63,804 nt of DNA, filler included, from Reticulomyxa filosa (GCA_000512085.1; 26 parts of 26 records of this genome joined end to end with filler, not necessarily neighbours in it); one strand, 5' to 3'; shown: positions 39,540-53,160, counted from the first letter of the whole stretch. The notes: generated by a model from the sequence alone, not told the origin. Program-made: numbers and translations.

Positions 39540-40522
39540 TCAAGCAAGCATAGCTTGCAGTTCTGCCAATTCATCCTCGTCCGTTTTGTTGGAAGCAATT
39601 TTGTGTGAAGGAACTTCAACACTGGGCACACGTGTGACACTCTTATCTTTTTTCTGTGTCCTGGCGCTTACTGGAGGCATTGCAGAAAACAGTTCATCCA
39701 TTTCCGCCCCTTCGATTTCCGCTAACTCAGCCTCCAGTTCATCCTAAAAAAAAAAAAACAAAAAACAACTTTTTTTTTTTTTGTCAGGATATTTTCACAG
39801 CCATAAAAAAAAAAAAAAATAATATTGATTATACACCAACGTATATAAACTTCATCAACAATAGGACCCAAAGGCTGTGCCATGACATCACTAATTTCTT
39901 GGATCTGTTCCATTGCCTCTGCAATGTCGTCTATCATATCATTTGCTTCTTCAACTGTGGTCTCGCTGATCACCGTGTCCAACGCATTGCGGCCAGCTTG
40001 CATCGCCTAAAAAAAAAAAAAAAAAAGATTTTTCCAAATTCAACATACATCACAAACCATATTTTGCACGATGAAAACATGCAAACTTATACGTATATAT
40101 TTCCAATCCATTCTTAACTGCCAATGTCTCGTGGTTCAAAAACGTCTCTTCCAATGCCAATATCTGTGCGTCCAAGTTGCACTTCTTTCCTCGAAGTGAT
40201 TCCACTTGCGCTTCCAATTGCTTTTTCTTCTTCAATTCAACAATTGCGCCTGTGTCCCAACAATTTCGATATCTAAAATTCTATCTTTTTTTCTTGGTTT
40301 TTTTGTTTTTTTTACAACGGAAGGCTGCTCACCTCTTTTGTCTTTCTTTTTTGATTTTTGCACGGCCAAGGCCGCACATTCCTTGATTTTTATTTCCAGG
40401 TGTGCCTCTCGCTTCTCTAATGTGTCGATTGCTTGTTTCAGTTTTTGAATCGCAGAGTTCGTGTCGACCTGAGTCGGTTGGCTATTTTTTTTTTGGCCTT
40501 GTCCAAATAATCTCCCAAACAT
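39540..40522 (-). CDS. VPS32: ESCRT-III subunit SNF7/VPS32 (CHMP4), complete, 3 introns
   Basis: MFGRLFG...AIQKLKQAIDTLEKREAHLE...KKDKR|GAIVELKKKKQLE...DMIDDIAE...EISDVMAQPLG..VDE|DELEAELAEIE...DEDELAELQAMLA*. Confidence 0.93.
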
Positions 40523-41267
40523 AGTACTTGTGGATATTTGGAACAGTATACAAAATATGCCAATCAACGCAAAAACGTGGAAGTTGGAATTTTTATGTAG
40601 TTAAATTTTCCTTTTTTCAGTACTCATGTCACATTCGTGCGATTTGATATTGACAAGATAATCATTTATTTGTAAAACAAATTAAGTTCGAAATAATCAA
40701 AAAACCACACTAAAAGTTTTCGTTGGGCAGCATTAAAAAAAAAGTGTATAGAAAGTGCGCAAATCAATGCCTCCAAAAATAATTTAAAATACAAGTTTGA
40801 GTCAAACTTTTATTTTGCACTCAATTGCAGAATGCAATTAAATCAATTTCTTTGATAAAGTTATTGTAATTTTTTTATAAAAATGTTTGAAATAATGATC
40901 AAATTTGATTATTTTTGAATTGTGATAAATGATAACGGATGGTAACCTTAAAGTGTTTATCTTAATATTGTATACTATGTCGCATGTATAATTTTCCAGT
41001 AGAAGGTTCTAAAAATTCGTTTAAAACTTGCATGCAGATAGAATTTTCATTACTCTTTGTTATTTTCAAAAATATCATTGATATGTTTTTAAGAAACGTT
41101 TATTAAATATGGATTTTCATTGAGAAATCGATTTTTTGTGTCTTGTAGGACGTCAGCTGGAAGAGGTNNNNNNNNNNNNNNNNNNNNNNNNNNNNNNNNN
41201 NNNNNNNNNNNTTAATTAATTAANNNNNNNNNNNNNNNNNNNNNNNNNNNNNNNNNNNNNNNNNNNN

Positions 41268-44200
41268 CTTTTTGAAAAACAAAGATATCATGCATTTGAT
41301 GAAATTGAAGGATTTGTGAACATCATGGACGATCTTCGAAAGATAAAGGCGGTTGAACAAAAAACACAAAGATCTTATTTCCAAATTATTGAAAAAATAT
41401 TTGGATTTGTGCGTGATGTTCAAAAAGATGTGGAAATAATGCTTCCTTCTTTATTCAAGCAAGATCCATCATTTGATTACAATCGTCTTTTTGATTGTGT
41501 TGTTTGTGTAAATCAATCGAAATGGATTGATGAACGACAAGAAGGAGGAAGTAGCACATTGATGAATGGTCTCAAAAATAAAATAGTTTCATATTTATAT
41601 GAATTGCAAAAATCAAGTCAACATTTGGAATTGGACATTGATCATCCAGATCATTTGGAACAAGGTCGCAAAATAGTTAATCATTTTGAAAAATTACGTA
41701 ATTTGGAGCCAGTCATTCCTGAAATTTCCAATTATCGTAAAGAAGTTGCTGTTCAAATTGAATATGCTATTCGAACAACTTTATCTTCAATTGAAAGTGA
41801 ATATTCATTAGACAGAAAAGGTGTAAATCATCAAAAAGAAATCAAAGAGCAGTTGATGAAATTGAAGGTGTATGCAGAAAGTCTTAATCACGCCAATGCT
41901 TATTTTCGACAAAAAGAGTTGAAAAGTGCACAAGATCTGGAGTCTCAAATCAATTTAATCAAAGACAAATTAAAAAAAAAAGGACAACCTCCAGAGGAGG
42001 AGGAGGAGGAGGAGGAGGAAAAAGTGCTACAACTCAGGACAACTCAATTGAGGAATTAAAAGAGCAATTGGAACAATATCATGAAACTAAAAAAGAGTTT
42101 GAACTATTGCAACAAAAAGAAAAGACGTCATTCGAGACTGCCTCCAAATTTTTAAAGAGTCATGGCTTTTCTGAGAATCAAATTATAGAGTTGATTGACA
42201 ATCAAAATGAACTCATTGAAAAGATTAAACAATATGAGCAAGAGATTGACAAAGTCAAAACTGTGGGATACAACTTTGGTGTATTGAATGCCACAAGAAC
42301 AGAGAAAGTATTGAATTATTTGCGACAATGCAAATTAGCTTCTTTTTCTTCTGCAGAGATGGTTGGTCAAAGTGAGGACAAAAATCAAGGCACTTTAAGA
42401 CAAGAGCTGGTCACAGCATTGCATTTGGTGGAACATTATTTACGAAGCTATGGTGAATTTGTTCAAAATCAACTCCGTCTCTGGATTACACTGAAATTGC
42501 AACCATTTCCAAAACAGATACGAGTGAAATTATTGAAAAAGTGGAAACTGTATTGAATCGACTAAACGAGGTAATGAAATTAGAAAAGAATCATTCAGTC
42601 ATATTTGATTTCTTTCCACAAGATATGATGAAACAATTTATCGGCAAACTTGAACAACTTTGGCTGGATCTATCCGATGAAATGATGAATTTGGCAAGAC
42701 AGGCCAATTTGCCGGCATTGAAAATCAAAATATTTGTAACCAAGGCTTTAAGTGCATTGGATGACTATACCAAACTCGATGGTAAATTCCGCTCTTTATT
42801 TTTGAAATACCAAGAAATTTTGTTCAACGATGTCATTGACACCACCAAAGTGCTGAAAGCTATTGATGACTGTCTATACACTGAAGTGGCCGCGGAAATG
42901 TCCAAACTCAATCAACGCAGAGATGGAGATAGTCAAGTAGAAAAAGTATTTGACGAGGTGAAAGGATCTCTTGCACGTTCTTTAAAAGCGTTGGCCAAAA
43001 GTACAATGATGAAAGTTTTGATGCTCGGAGAAAATGAAGCAAATTTAGAAAGTGTAATAAAATTGGAAGGCCAATTGCAGTCGATCGAAGATGCAAAAAA
43101 TTTTGTGTTTGAATATGTGGATGAAAAAACTAAACAAGATATTGAAAAGATGGAATACGAAACAAAAGCATCCATTGAAAAATGGATGTTAAAGGTGTTG
43201 GCCACTGTCAAAGCAGCCATTACTTCGTGCAATTTTTGGGAAGCAGAAGATAGGATCAGGCTTGTTCGACAATTCACTCGTATTTTAGGGGACCATTGTG
43301 AGCATATTGCTTTGAATGATACCAAGGAAGACAACGTGAAAGAACGAACGGGTAAAATTGCTAACAGCGTCGATGAACTTGAAAAACAGCTAGAAACTGT
43401 GTTAAAAAATGTTGTGGCCAAATACAAAAACGTAAACCTGGGTAATTGTCAGTTCAATCCATATACGTCCGATCCACCAAAAGCACTTTATGACAAATTG
43501 AACAAAGTTATGCAAACGGCTGCAACGTACAATTACAAAGATAGATGGGGAGAAATTGAAGAAGATATCACCAAAAAAGTTCGAGAGCAATTGCTTGAGG
43601 CTCGTGAAAAAGTGAGTGCTTTGAATTCGCGAGAGAGTAAATCTTGTATTCGACTTTGCGAATCTGTGTTGAATTATTTGCCTGAACACATGCAATTAAT
43701 TCTCAAAGACGAAATAGAACGATGTCAAGAAGATGTCGATTATGAAATAGAAAATGGTTCTAAGGAAGTAGAGCAAGTGATGCAGAAAAAAGATCTGAAA
43801 GAAATCAATGAACTGCTTGAACGTTGTAATGTCAATCAAGAAAAGGCCATCAAATTTGGTATAAACAAAATGGCTCGAGATGTCGTTTCACGCATGGAAA
43901 GTCAATGGGACGATGGACAAAACTTAGAAGCATTTTCAAGTATGGGAGAATTATACCGTTTCAAAAATGTTTTTAAAAAATGCCAGAGATTGCCCGATAC
44001 TATACTGAAGCTTACAATTCTTTGTCGAACACTTTCGATAAACATCACAAAAATATTATTAATACCTTTGCTTCTGTTGGCCGTAATATAAGTGGATTAG
44101 AATGGATGAAAAAATCATTTACTTTCATACTTGATTGCATGGAAATGAAAATTGCTGCAAAAAATGATATTGATGCCGACATGTTATTACCGCGAAATTT

Positions 44201-45443
44201 CAACGAAAAGATCAAAGAGTTAGATCATAAAATTTCCAGTTATTTTAATTCACTTTTGCAAGACTATGAAACAAGTATTAAAACGATGAATGATGAAGAG
44301 TTACATACTGTATTGGATATTATGAAGATTATCGGAAATGACGAGAACCAATTTTTACAAATGGTAAAAATGTTTATGCAAAAGAAAGTATCATGTGGCA
44401 TTCCGAATGATTCTACTACCAACATCTGGATCTATTCTGAGATGACTCGTAAACTTAATGCTCATTTGGCAACTATGGTGGATGAAATTGACCGTGAGGG
44501 AGTAATAAATGACAAAACAAAAGCAAATGATGTGGAACGAGAGCGATTCTTTGGTCTTCTCAAAGATAAGCTTGAGTTTTTTAGACGGTTATCACAATTA
44601 CATGAACATATCAATACTAAGATATTTGATAATTGTTCGGAAAAATTAGAAAAGCATGTACAATCGCTGGTGACAAAAATTAAAGATAAATCAGAATGGA
44701 AGAATGCGGATTGTGAAAAAATCAATTTATGCTATAATTGTTTCACTTCCATGCACAAAAACGGAGTCCTCTCAAATATTGTAAAAAACCATGTTGAAAT
44801 GATTGAAGACATTGTAAACAAGAGAATAGAACAACTTGAAAAAGAGGCTTCGAGTAATTTGAATGCAGATAAGATCATGCCCGTGTTAATAGCAATGAAA
44901 TTAATTTCCGTTTATATTTTCAGTTTTAAAGAAATAGTAAATAAACGTATTGATCAATTGCTGAGTGCGTACAAAAGGGAACATACAGGAATAAACATTC
45001 CAGCACTGGCACTGAAATTGGAAAAGGATCCAGATGGAATTGGTGAAATGATCGTTTCTGAACACAATGCATTCAAAGGATACAACGTGGCATTATTTAA
45101 CGTTAAAACTCAATCACATGGAATTGATTATATTTTGAAGGGAATGAAGGCCAAAGGGGATAAAGTGGATGCTAGCAAATTGGAAAAAAAATATGAAGAA
45201 TTCAATTCGCTATATCGCAAATTGGTAAAAGAAAATCTAACAGAAGATAAACAAAATGTGATCACATTAGTAAACAATACAAAATTGATTACTTGTAGTA
45301 TCGAACAAAAACCAGATGATGTTAATTGGAATTCAGCCGTTCGAAATAAAATACCTGATTTAATGGCGCACATTTTTGCATTATGGACACTCCAAAATAC
45401 ACAATTCTATTTTGATGCAAAAGGTATTGAAGGCCAAGAGTCT
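41268..45443 (+). CDS. Very large intronless helical protein (partial); probably N-terminal to a SecA-like helicase domain
   Basis: About 1390 codons across four ORFs, with breaks at ~42030, ~42500 and ~43975 (the last in an A-run). Ends IPDLMAHIFALWTLQN, which I recall preceding PHxxQ...QIGTGEGKS in protist SecA-like proteins; the helicase itself is not in the window. Confidence 0.55.
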
Positions 45444-45543
45444 NNNNNNNNNNNNNNNNNNNNNNNNNNNNNNNNNNNNNNNNNNNNTTAATTAATTAAN
45501 NNNNNNNNNNNNNNNNNNNNNNNNNNNNNNNNNNNNNNNNNNN

Positions 45544-45555
45544 TTATTATTATTA

Positions 45556-45601
<46 letters not shown>

Positions 45602-46675
45602 CGTTATTACTATTATTATTGTCATTGTTTTGAACAGCAGAGGAAACAGAAAGGGAGGTCCCATCAGCAACAATGCTCTTAACCAAAACAGGCAAGATAA
45701 AGTGAGAAAAGAGTTGGTCCATCAGCGATTCATTGAGAGGACGGATGCGCAGTAGGAATATATCCTCCAAGTAATAGTAATGGTCCACTTGTTCCTCCAC
45801 CCCTTGTTGGATCTGAGAACGAATCATCGTCGTACTCAGTCGAACACCACCACCTGGCAACGATGACGTTCCACTTGGATTTGCATTTGCATTTGCATTA
45901 TTTGTATTTGTATTTGTATTCATACTTATATTTATATTTATATTTATATTTGCAATTGCAATTGTATCATTAGCTGTCGCATTGGTCTCATCCTTGGCAT
46001 TCGAAGGTGATGAAGACGAGGATGGAGGGGGTTGCAAAGGGGGCTGCGGATTGAAATCACGACGGAACGAGCAGTTTTGTAACAGCACTTGGTTCAACAA
46101 AAAGCACTGATCTTTCATGAACCAGACCAAGTTGCTAAAATAAGGGACCGCCGTTTTGTCGGTTATAAACTGTCGCAAGTCGGGGTCGTTCACGCGAAAC
46201 ACGTTCAGTGTCAACGTCCTCACTGCGATCCGAACCATTTGATCTTTGTGTTTGAAGAACTTCAATGCCTCGGAATATAATGGAAAGTCTGCACATTACA
46301 AGCATTGGCAAAAAAAAAAAAGGGGGGGTTTAAAAATAATTATATATATATATACATATATATATATATGTAATATTAACCATGCGCTTTTGCAATTAAA
46401 AAAAAAATTGATGACATCACGATCGAGTTTCAATGAAATGGTCTTCAAGAAGGAAACGTAATACGCTAATATTTCATTGTCGACAAAGTCAAAGTCGTGG
46501 ACTATCATATCGTTGATGTAGTTGTTGCTGAATAGATAATACAGTGACATTTGCTTGCCTATATTTTGGATCATTATTGACAGTGTTTGTAACACTTGAA
46601 TTGTCACGTCACGATCATATTTCTGACGCACTATTCGAAGAAAATTTCCCAATATATTTTTTTCTGCTAAATAGC
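45544..46675 (-). CDS. CLEC16A: CLEC16A/TT9/Ema homologue (FPL domain), partial
   Basis: EKNILGNF...IQVLQTLSIMIQNI...SLYYLFSNNYIN..I.HDFDF.DNEILAYYVSFLKTISLKL...FFFN|DFPLYSEALKFF.H...MVRIAVRTLTLNV...PYFSNLVW. Confidence 0.93.
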
Positions 46676-47434
46676 TTTTTTTTTTTTAAGTCGTAATTTT
46701 TTTTTTTTTTTTTGTCTTTATTTAGTTNNNNNNNNNNNNNNNNNNNNNNNNNNNNNNNNNNNNNNNNNNNNTTAATTAATTAANNNNNNNNNNNNNNNNN
46801 NNNNNNNNNNNNNNNNNNNNNNNNNNNTCCAAATTCAAATTTTAAAATATTAAAATAGGGAAATCTGTTGTTATCACATCAAATCAATAAACAATTCTCT
46901 TTAGATGTTGCCAACTCTAGAGTTCACCTTATGGTTTTTTCTCAAGTAATTTATGATACTAAATTATCAAATATTTGTATTGTATTATTTTATGAACAGA
47001 TTCTATGTTATAAAGAATTTCATTATCGATCATATAAAAAATTTAAATTCATCAAGTTCTAAATGAAAATGTTTTTAGAATTAATAAGATAATAATAGAA
47101 TAAGAAAAAAAAAAGATAATTCATTTCTACTTGTAATTATAAGGCTTTTTTTATCAGTTGCGTTAAATAAGAATACGTTATACAAAACAACAAAATTATT
47201 ACAAAAATATGAATCAAACAATGAGATTTTTAAAGTTTTGTAAAATATTAGTACTTATGTTTTCTCTTTGTGCTTAATAGAAATGCAGTATACGTAGTGT
47301 AATTTGTTTGCTGATTGAAAGACGTGATCAATAGAAAGACAATAACAAATGGCAATGTTTATTATAAATTGTATGTAAAGGAAAAAAACACAACAATCAA
47401 CAGTATATATATATATATTACACTAATTGCATTC

Positions 47435-48737
47435 TTATAAATGCTCATAAATGTTAGCAATAGCACCAGCAATCAAGAAAACAGAAATTATACACAATGG
47501 ATATAACATAGGAACAAGATTTGGATTTTGTTTACATATAACACACCCTCCGAAAGTAATTGTAATGATAACGATAGCAAAAATGCTCAAACATATGATT
47601 GCAACTACTGACTGTCTGTAATTGTACTTATCGCTGAACGCAACAAGAGAAAGTGATAATATATAAACTTCGAAGCTAAGACAACAAATGGCAAAAATTC
47701 TTCTTCGGGTGACTTCATTCAATTCTTCCTGATCATTAATTTGGAGGTAGTCGACATTGATTTGCGCTTGATCTCTGTGAATCGGAGTGTTGTAGCCAAA
47801 TGCAGAGATACTGGGCTCTCTTTCTAGTAAGGAGGAAGTTTGATTGCTCGATTGCAAAGAATTGGATGAAAGAGTTGTAAAATTGCTTCCACTTATTTCG
47901 GAAATTAGTGATTTCAACTTTGTATTCAAGGTGTATCCTTGCGCGTGATCTCAGTGTTCGACAATGCTTAGAGCCGGATTGTCATCTCTCTGTTGCACAG
48001 CAACTCGCAAAGGAATGTTTATATTGGAGCAGATACAAATGTTGATTGCGACGTACACCATCGGTAACCCAATTAAAAAAAAAATATATACAATTGGTAA
48101 TAATGAGGATCGTTGTGAGAATCAAGAAACTACAGAAATCATTCAATTTCATGTAAAAGTTGCACGAGCAGCTGCAAGCAATAGATTGATTGAAACCATA
48201 CAATGCTTTGTCCCAGCCATTGGTATGTAGCTGTCGTTGGAGTACGTAACCAACGCTCAGAGATATAGCGGCAACACTGCCGACTAAGATTCGCAAGAAG
48301 GCAATCATCCAACTGCTATAAATACATATAAACCTGCTCTTTTTTGCAACATATTCTGAATACACTACATATACTTGCAGCACACGTCCATAATAAAAAA
48401 ATAATAATAGAGGCCGCGCACAGCAAAGACCAAAAAATTAAAATCCAGCAACAATTGCCATAACACTTGTCGGGCGTGTGCTCTTCAAAAAATAAAAAAG
48501 GATCTGTCACTATCTTTGGATAATCTCCACTTCTTATGATATGATCCCACGTGAAATTTGCTCTCCCATTCCGACACAATAAATTGCAATCGTGCAAGAT
48601 CATAAAAAAAAACAATACAATAAGGTAAGTATCAAAACCCATATCCACATGTTAGTCATTGTATTAAAATCAAACAATGTTTTATCGTGATCATGCAACT
48701 TAGCAATTTCATGACAATTCCACGACGAATATAAAGC
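47435..48737 (-). CDS. Hypothetical multi-pass membrane protein (frame-broken, 5'-partial)
   Basis: Three collinear hydrophobic minus-strand ORFs (48648, 48383, 47929). Confidence 0.45.
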
Positions 48738-48837
48738 NNNNNNNNNNNNNNNNNNNNNNNNNNNNNNNNNNNNNNNNNNNNTTAATTAATTAANNNNNNN
48801 NNNNNNNNNNNNNNNNNNNNNNNNNNNNNNNNNNNNN

Positions 48838-48943
48838 GAAATTGGTCTGAATTTAACCCTTTGATAGCTTCGTATTTCATAACTTCCTATATTAGTTACT
48901 AAATACTTTTTAATCTATTTCTTTTAGTTTCGAAAGAAGTCTA
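48838..48943 (-). mobile_element. Left end of a bacterial IS (IS5 family / ISL2-like)
   Basis: Terminal sequence TAGACTTCTTTCGAAAC, then an AGGA RBS and ATG at 48880. The ORF reads MKYEAIKGLNSDQF, like the MxYExxKxLxxxxF(KRLTGV) start of these transposases, and is cut by the contig end. Confidence 0.6.
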
Positions 48944-49066
48944 TTATAACTAGATCAAGCATCATAGCAACTTTATTAAGTATATATTACATTGTTAGTA
49001 AAATTATATTGCTATTTAATTTGATGTTAGTAACAATTGTAATATGGGGACTAATAAGAGTATAAA

Positions 49067-50824
49067 ATGAATCTTGATCAGAAAAGATTAAAATCTTTCT
49101 TTAGGCTTGAATTGTTTGAAACGTTTATACCTAGCATAGTAGATGTTGCTTCTAAACAATTACCTTCTACTTTAAAAAAGAGTAGGACTGATCTAATCGT
49201 TTCATCTCTAGCTATTAATATTCTATCACTAATGTTACCTTTAGCTACTTTGCAAGTATATGATAGAATATTAGGTTATAATAGCGATGGCACGTTAAAT
49301 GCACTATTTATTTTAGTTATAGCTGCAGTTGCATTAGAAATAATTTTAAAGATTGCTAGAGCATATATAATTGATTGGGCCGGTGCTGCACATGAATATG
49401 CAATGAGTTGTTACGCTATAGATCATGTATTACATACTGATCTCAAGTATTTTACTAAAGCTAGTATCGGTAAAAATATCCAAAATCTTAATTCTATTAA
49501 TAGAATGCGTGAGTTTTTCAGTGGGCAAGCATTTATTACAATCTTGGACTTACCATTTATATTAATTTACTTACTCTTAATTGCATATCTTGCAACTTGG
49601 TTGGCACTAATATCTATAGTCTTATTAGGCTTATGTATATTGTGCTTATTCATTTAAACTTAAAGATCATATTAAATCCAGAAATGAACAAGATGATATC
49701 AGGTATAGTTTTCTAATAGAAACTCTGAATGGAATTCATACCATTAAATCTTATGGTTTAGAAGAAATCTTTTTAAGAAGATATCAGAATCTCACTTACA
49801 AAACTGCGTTAGCGAATTATAACATTACCGATGATCAGATCCAATCCTTAGACTATGGAGTTCTATTTTCAGTACTAATGTATATAGCCATAGTTAGTTT
49901 GGGGCTCAAATGGCCGTTGCTGGTAGCATTACAATGGGTACACTTATTGCATGTATTTTACTTTCAGGAAGATTAATGCAACCTGTTCAAAGGGCTTTTG
50001 GATTATGGTCAAGAATGCAGGAGCATGAAATAAACGAAGAGAGAATCAAAGAATTATTTTCATTGCCGATAGTTAGAAAATCTAGTGATGTTAAGATTGC
50101 CAAAAAAGACGGATTAATTGAATTTAAAAATGTATCATTTACATATAGTAATAATCAAAAACCGATTTTTGAAAATATTACTCTTACAATAAAACCTAAT
50201 GAATGTATCTCTATATCTGGGATGAATAGTATTGGCAAATCCACCATACTCAAGATGATTGCTGGATTATATTTACCTACTAAAGGAGAGGTTCTTATTG
50301 ATAATATTTCAATCAAAGATTATCCCTCAGATGAATTAGTAAATCAAATCGGATATATTCCAACTCAAGGAACAATCTATGAAGGTACCATAAGAGATAA
50401 TTTAACTCGATTTGGCCAAATACCTTTAGAACAAGCTATTGAAGTAGCTTCTATGCTAGGCATAGACAAAGAAATTTCTTTAATGGTTGCAGGTTATGAT
50501 ACTCTTTTACAAGGTCAAAATACCGATAATATTACACCTGGTTTGAGACAGAGAATTGTGATCGCACGAGCAATAGCTTCTAAACCAAGAGTTATTTTAT
50601 TTGACAGCGCAGATAGAGCATTAGATAAAGAAGGTTATAACTTAGTATATAAGTTATTAGGAAAACTTAAGAATAAAACTACTATAATTATAACTTCTGA
50701 AGATTTGAATCTGCTTAATTTAATTACAAAAGGATACATATTAGATGCGAATGGAATAAAAGTGAAGACTGTAAAGGATACGAAGCAGGATGAAACCCTT
50801 TATTATAACGAGTTCGACTTATGA
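49067..50824 (+). CDS. Bacterial type I secretion-type ABC transporter (TMD+NBD), two frameshifts, degenerate NBD
   Basis: INILSLMLPLATLQVYDRI, REFFSGQA...LDLPF, FLIETLNGIHTIKS (middle frame), ACILLSGRLMQP, Walker A GMNSIGKST. Breaks at ~49640 and ~49903. Confidence 0.88.
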
Positions 50825-51072
50825 TAGATAAAAGCCTTACTTTAAAACATAAAGAAATTCTAAAAGATAATAGCGATCCTAATCTTTTGTTCGATTTTCT
50901 AAGAAGCATAGGAAAGTTTGCAGAGACTGATGACAGGCTAGATATTCCCTATTCTCTCATCACACTCCTAAATGCCAAAAATGAAATCTATGATCTAAGA
51001 AGAATTATTGAATCCATTCCATATAAAGCATTAAATTTTGATATAGTTGACTTAAAAAATGTGGATTGCTAA
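50821..51072 (+). pseudogene. N-terminus of second T1SS ABC subunit, truncated by IS
   Basis: ATGA 4-bp overlap with the upstream stop (translational coupling); LLNA...RRIIESIPY...DIVDLKNV; the ORF ends inside the IS end. Confidence 0.55.
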
Positions 51073-51272
51073 CATTTAGATACATGTTATATTAGGAGAG
51101 CAACTAGTATGGAGGATGATGCATTGCAGGTTTTGTAATTCAGAAAAATATGTCAAGCATGGTTTAACAAGAGGTAAACAAAGGTTTTTATGCAAAAACT
51201 GCAATAAGCACTTTGTAGTTGATTTAGCAAGAAGGGGATATTCCGTAGATGTAAAAATACAAGCCTTGTTAT
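51063..51272 (+). mobile_element. IS1-family element left end with transposase N-terminal zinc ribbon
   Basis: ORF 51116 reads MMHCRFCNSEKYVKHG..RGKQRFLCKNC.KHF...RGYS.DVK.QAL (CxxC...G.QRF.CKxC, then HTH start). AGGAG/GGAGG purine tracts lie upstream. IS6 family not excluded. Confidence 0.8.
51066..51093 (+). promoter_or_regulatory. Putative sigma70 promoter in the IS left end
   Basis: TTGCTA-16 nt-TATATT with extended -10 TG, 22 bp upstream of the transposase ATG. Confidence 0.45.
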
Positions 51273-52799
51273 NNNNNNNNNNNNNNNNNNNNNNNNNNNN
51301 NNNNNNNNNNNNNNNNTTAATTAATTAANNNNNNNNNNNNNNNNNNNNNNNNNNNNNNNNNNNNNNNNNNNNTTTTCATTGGAAAAAACGATTCTTTGTT
51401 GGATTTCAATTTTACATTAGTATTGAAAGTTAGATTAAGATTAAACTTAAACAAAACAACCAACAAAATTAGTTTTTCTTTTTTGTATTTTAAATAAATA
51501 TGCAATTATCGATATAGTAATCATTTGTCATCTTTTGAAGTCACTCATTTAATTCCGCATCTCAATACCAGCGATTTTATTTTTTTTGCAAGCAGTGTAT
51601 CATCGGGTTGATTGTGTGTACATCTATCTGGGATTTTTCATCGATTTTCTTGTTTTCGGTATCAAATATTTGTTCCACTTATGATAATCCCAAAAAAGAA
51701 GGAATACCCAAATTGAATGATTGATAACTTTGTTATCCTTTGTTTTTTTTATTTTTGATAAAGTATTGAAGTATTAGACTCGAAATGTTTTGAAATGAGT
51801 CTTTAGCTTATTTCTTTATTTGGTAATAATGCAGCGACAAAAAAAAACAAACTAATACGTACATCAACATTGAGAAATTTCGTTGTAACAATTGATCCCC
51901 CCACTGTTGTGATGATTTTTTGTAATTTCACGTATTGATTATTATGGACCATCAATTTCGATTGATTAACAGAAGATAATGTTATAGACTTTATTTTTTA
52001 TTGTGATTGAATATCTGATTTATTTATTTATTATACACTTTCGGAACAACAAAAAAATTGGTATCCTCGCTTGGCTGTGAAGATAAATAACCTGAATGTT
52101 TCCAACTTCAGGAGAGGCCACAATAGAAAAACGTATTTGTTTGAGCCGCGATCACAACATCTTTTTTCCAAATAGTTTTGTTATTTTGGGTGTCTTGGGT
52201 TTACACAGACTCTATTCTTTCTTTTTCGGCAGCTGTTACATTTTTGCAGAGGACTACATTGGCGAAGGAACTCTCCATGTTGTATAGGTTTGGCTTGTTA
52301 GGTTGTTTAAAGAAAGAAGAGCCAAAACCACCTTTGTAATGTCTAAGAGAACTTTTTCTAAAAGGGAACACTTTTTCTCTTTTAGAGAAAAATCATTAAT
52401 CAAGAAAAAGTGATTATTTATTCCAAAAAAACACTTTTAATTTCAATCATCTATAATTAATCAATTTTTTGGAACTAAAAATGAAATACTATACAAAATT
52501 TTTAACAATTCTTTTTTCAAGCTGCTTTGTCAAAAATGCCAAAATATTACAAAAAATTGCAAATTTACANNNNNNNNNNNNNNNNNNNNNNNNNNNNNNN
52601 NNNNNNNNNNNNNTTAATTAATTAANNNNNNNNNNNNNNNNNNNNNNNNNNNNNNNNNNNNNNNNNNNNATATTTCAAAATATTCCACAAAATATGCAAA
52701 CACATTTCTCGAGATATTTTTATTTCATTTTCTTCTTTTAACCTATCATTTTTTGTTTATTTTATTTTACAAAAATAATATAATTCAATTTATATTTAA

Positions 52800-53160
52800 C
52801 TCATTCAAGTTGGAAGTTGCACAAATTTCTTTTAATTTCGTTACTGTGTCAATAAAAATTTTATTGTGATTTTTCCATGTTTGTGATATTGTTATTTTTT
52901 CAAGTATATTGCCGAATTGTTTAAATAAAAGCATTAAATGATGTTGTTGTTGTAAATTAGTCCTGTATTAAAATATGTAAAACAATAATTGTTAAAACAA
53001 AGAGAAAAAAACACATAAAAATTTATTGTTACGTGTTCTTTGTCAGCCATGTTAAGAGGTCTTTTGCCTTTTTAACATTTTGAGAAGACAGTTTCAATGC
53101 CTCTGAAATGATCTCTTCACTTATCTTAGGAAATGTTTTTTGAAGCTGTGATGCAAGCAT
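52800..53160 (-). pseudogene. CUE/UBA-like domain family fragment
   Basis: QLQKTFPKISEEIISEALKLSSQNV has the CUE FP motif; second exon LQQQHHLMLLFKQFG...LKEICATSN; frame-broken. Confidence 0.45.

Noticed and set aside
33180-49910. Frequent single-base frame breaks as programmed frameshifting or RNA editing
   Set aside because: Most sit in homopolymers, share no slippery motif, occur in host and bacterial contigs alike, and 454 chemistry is evidenced.
35374-51272. Bacterial genes as horizontal transfers into the protist genome
   Set aside because: Each bacterial segment fills its own contig with no host junction; co-sequenced organisms are the simpler explanation.
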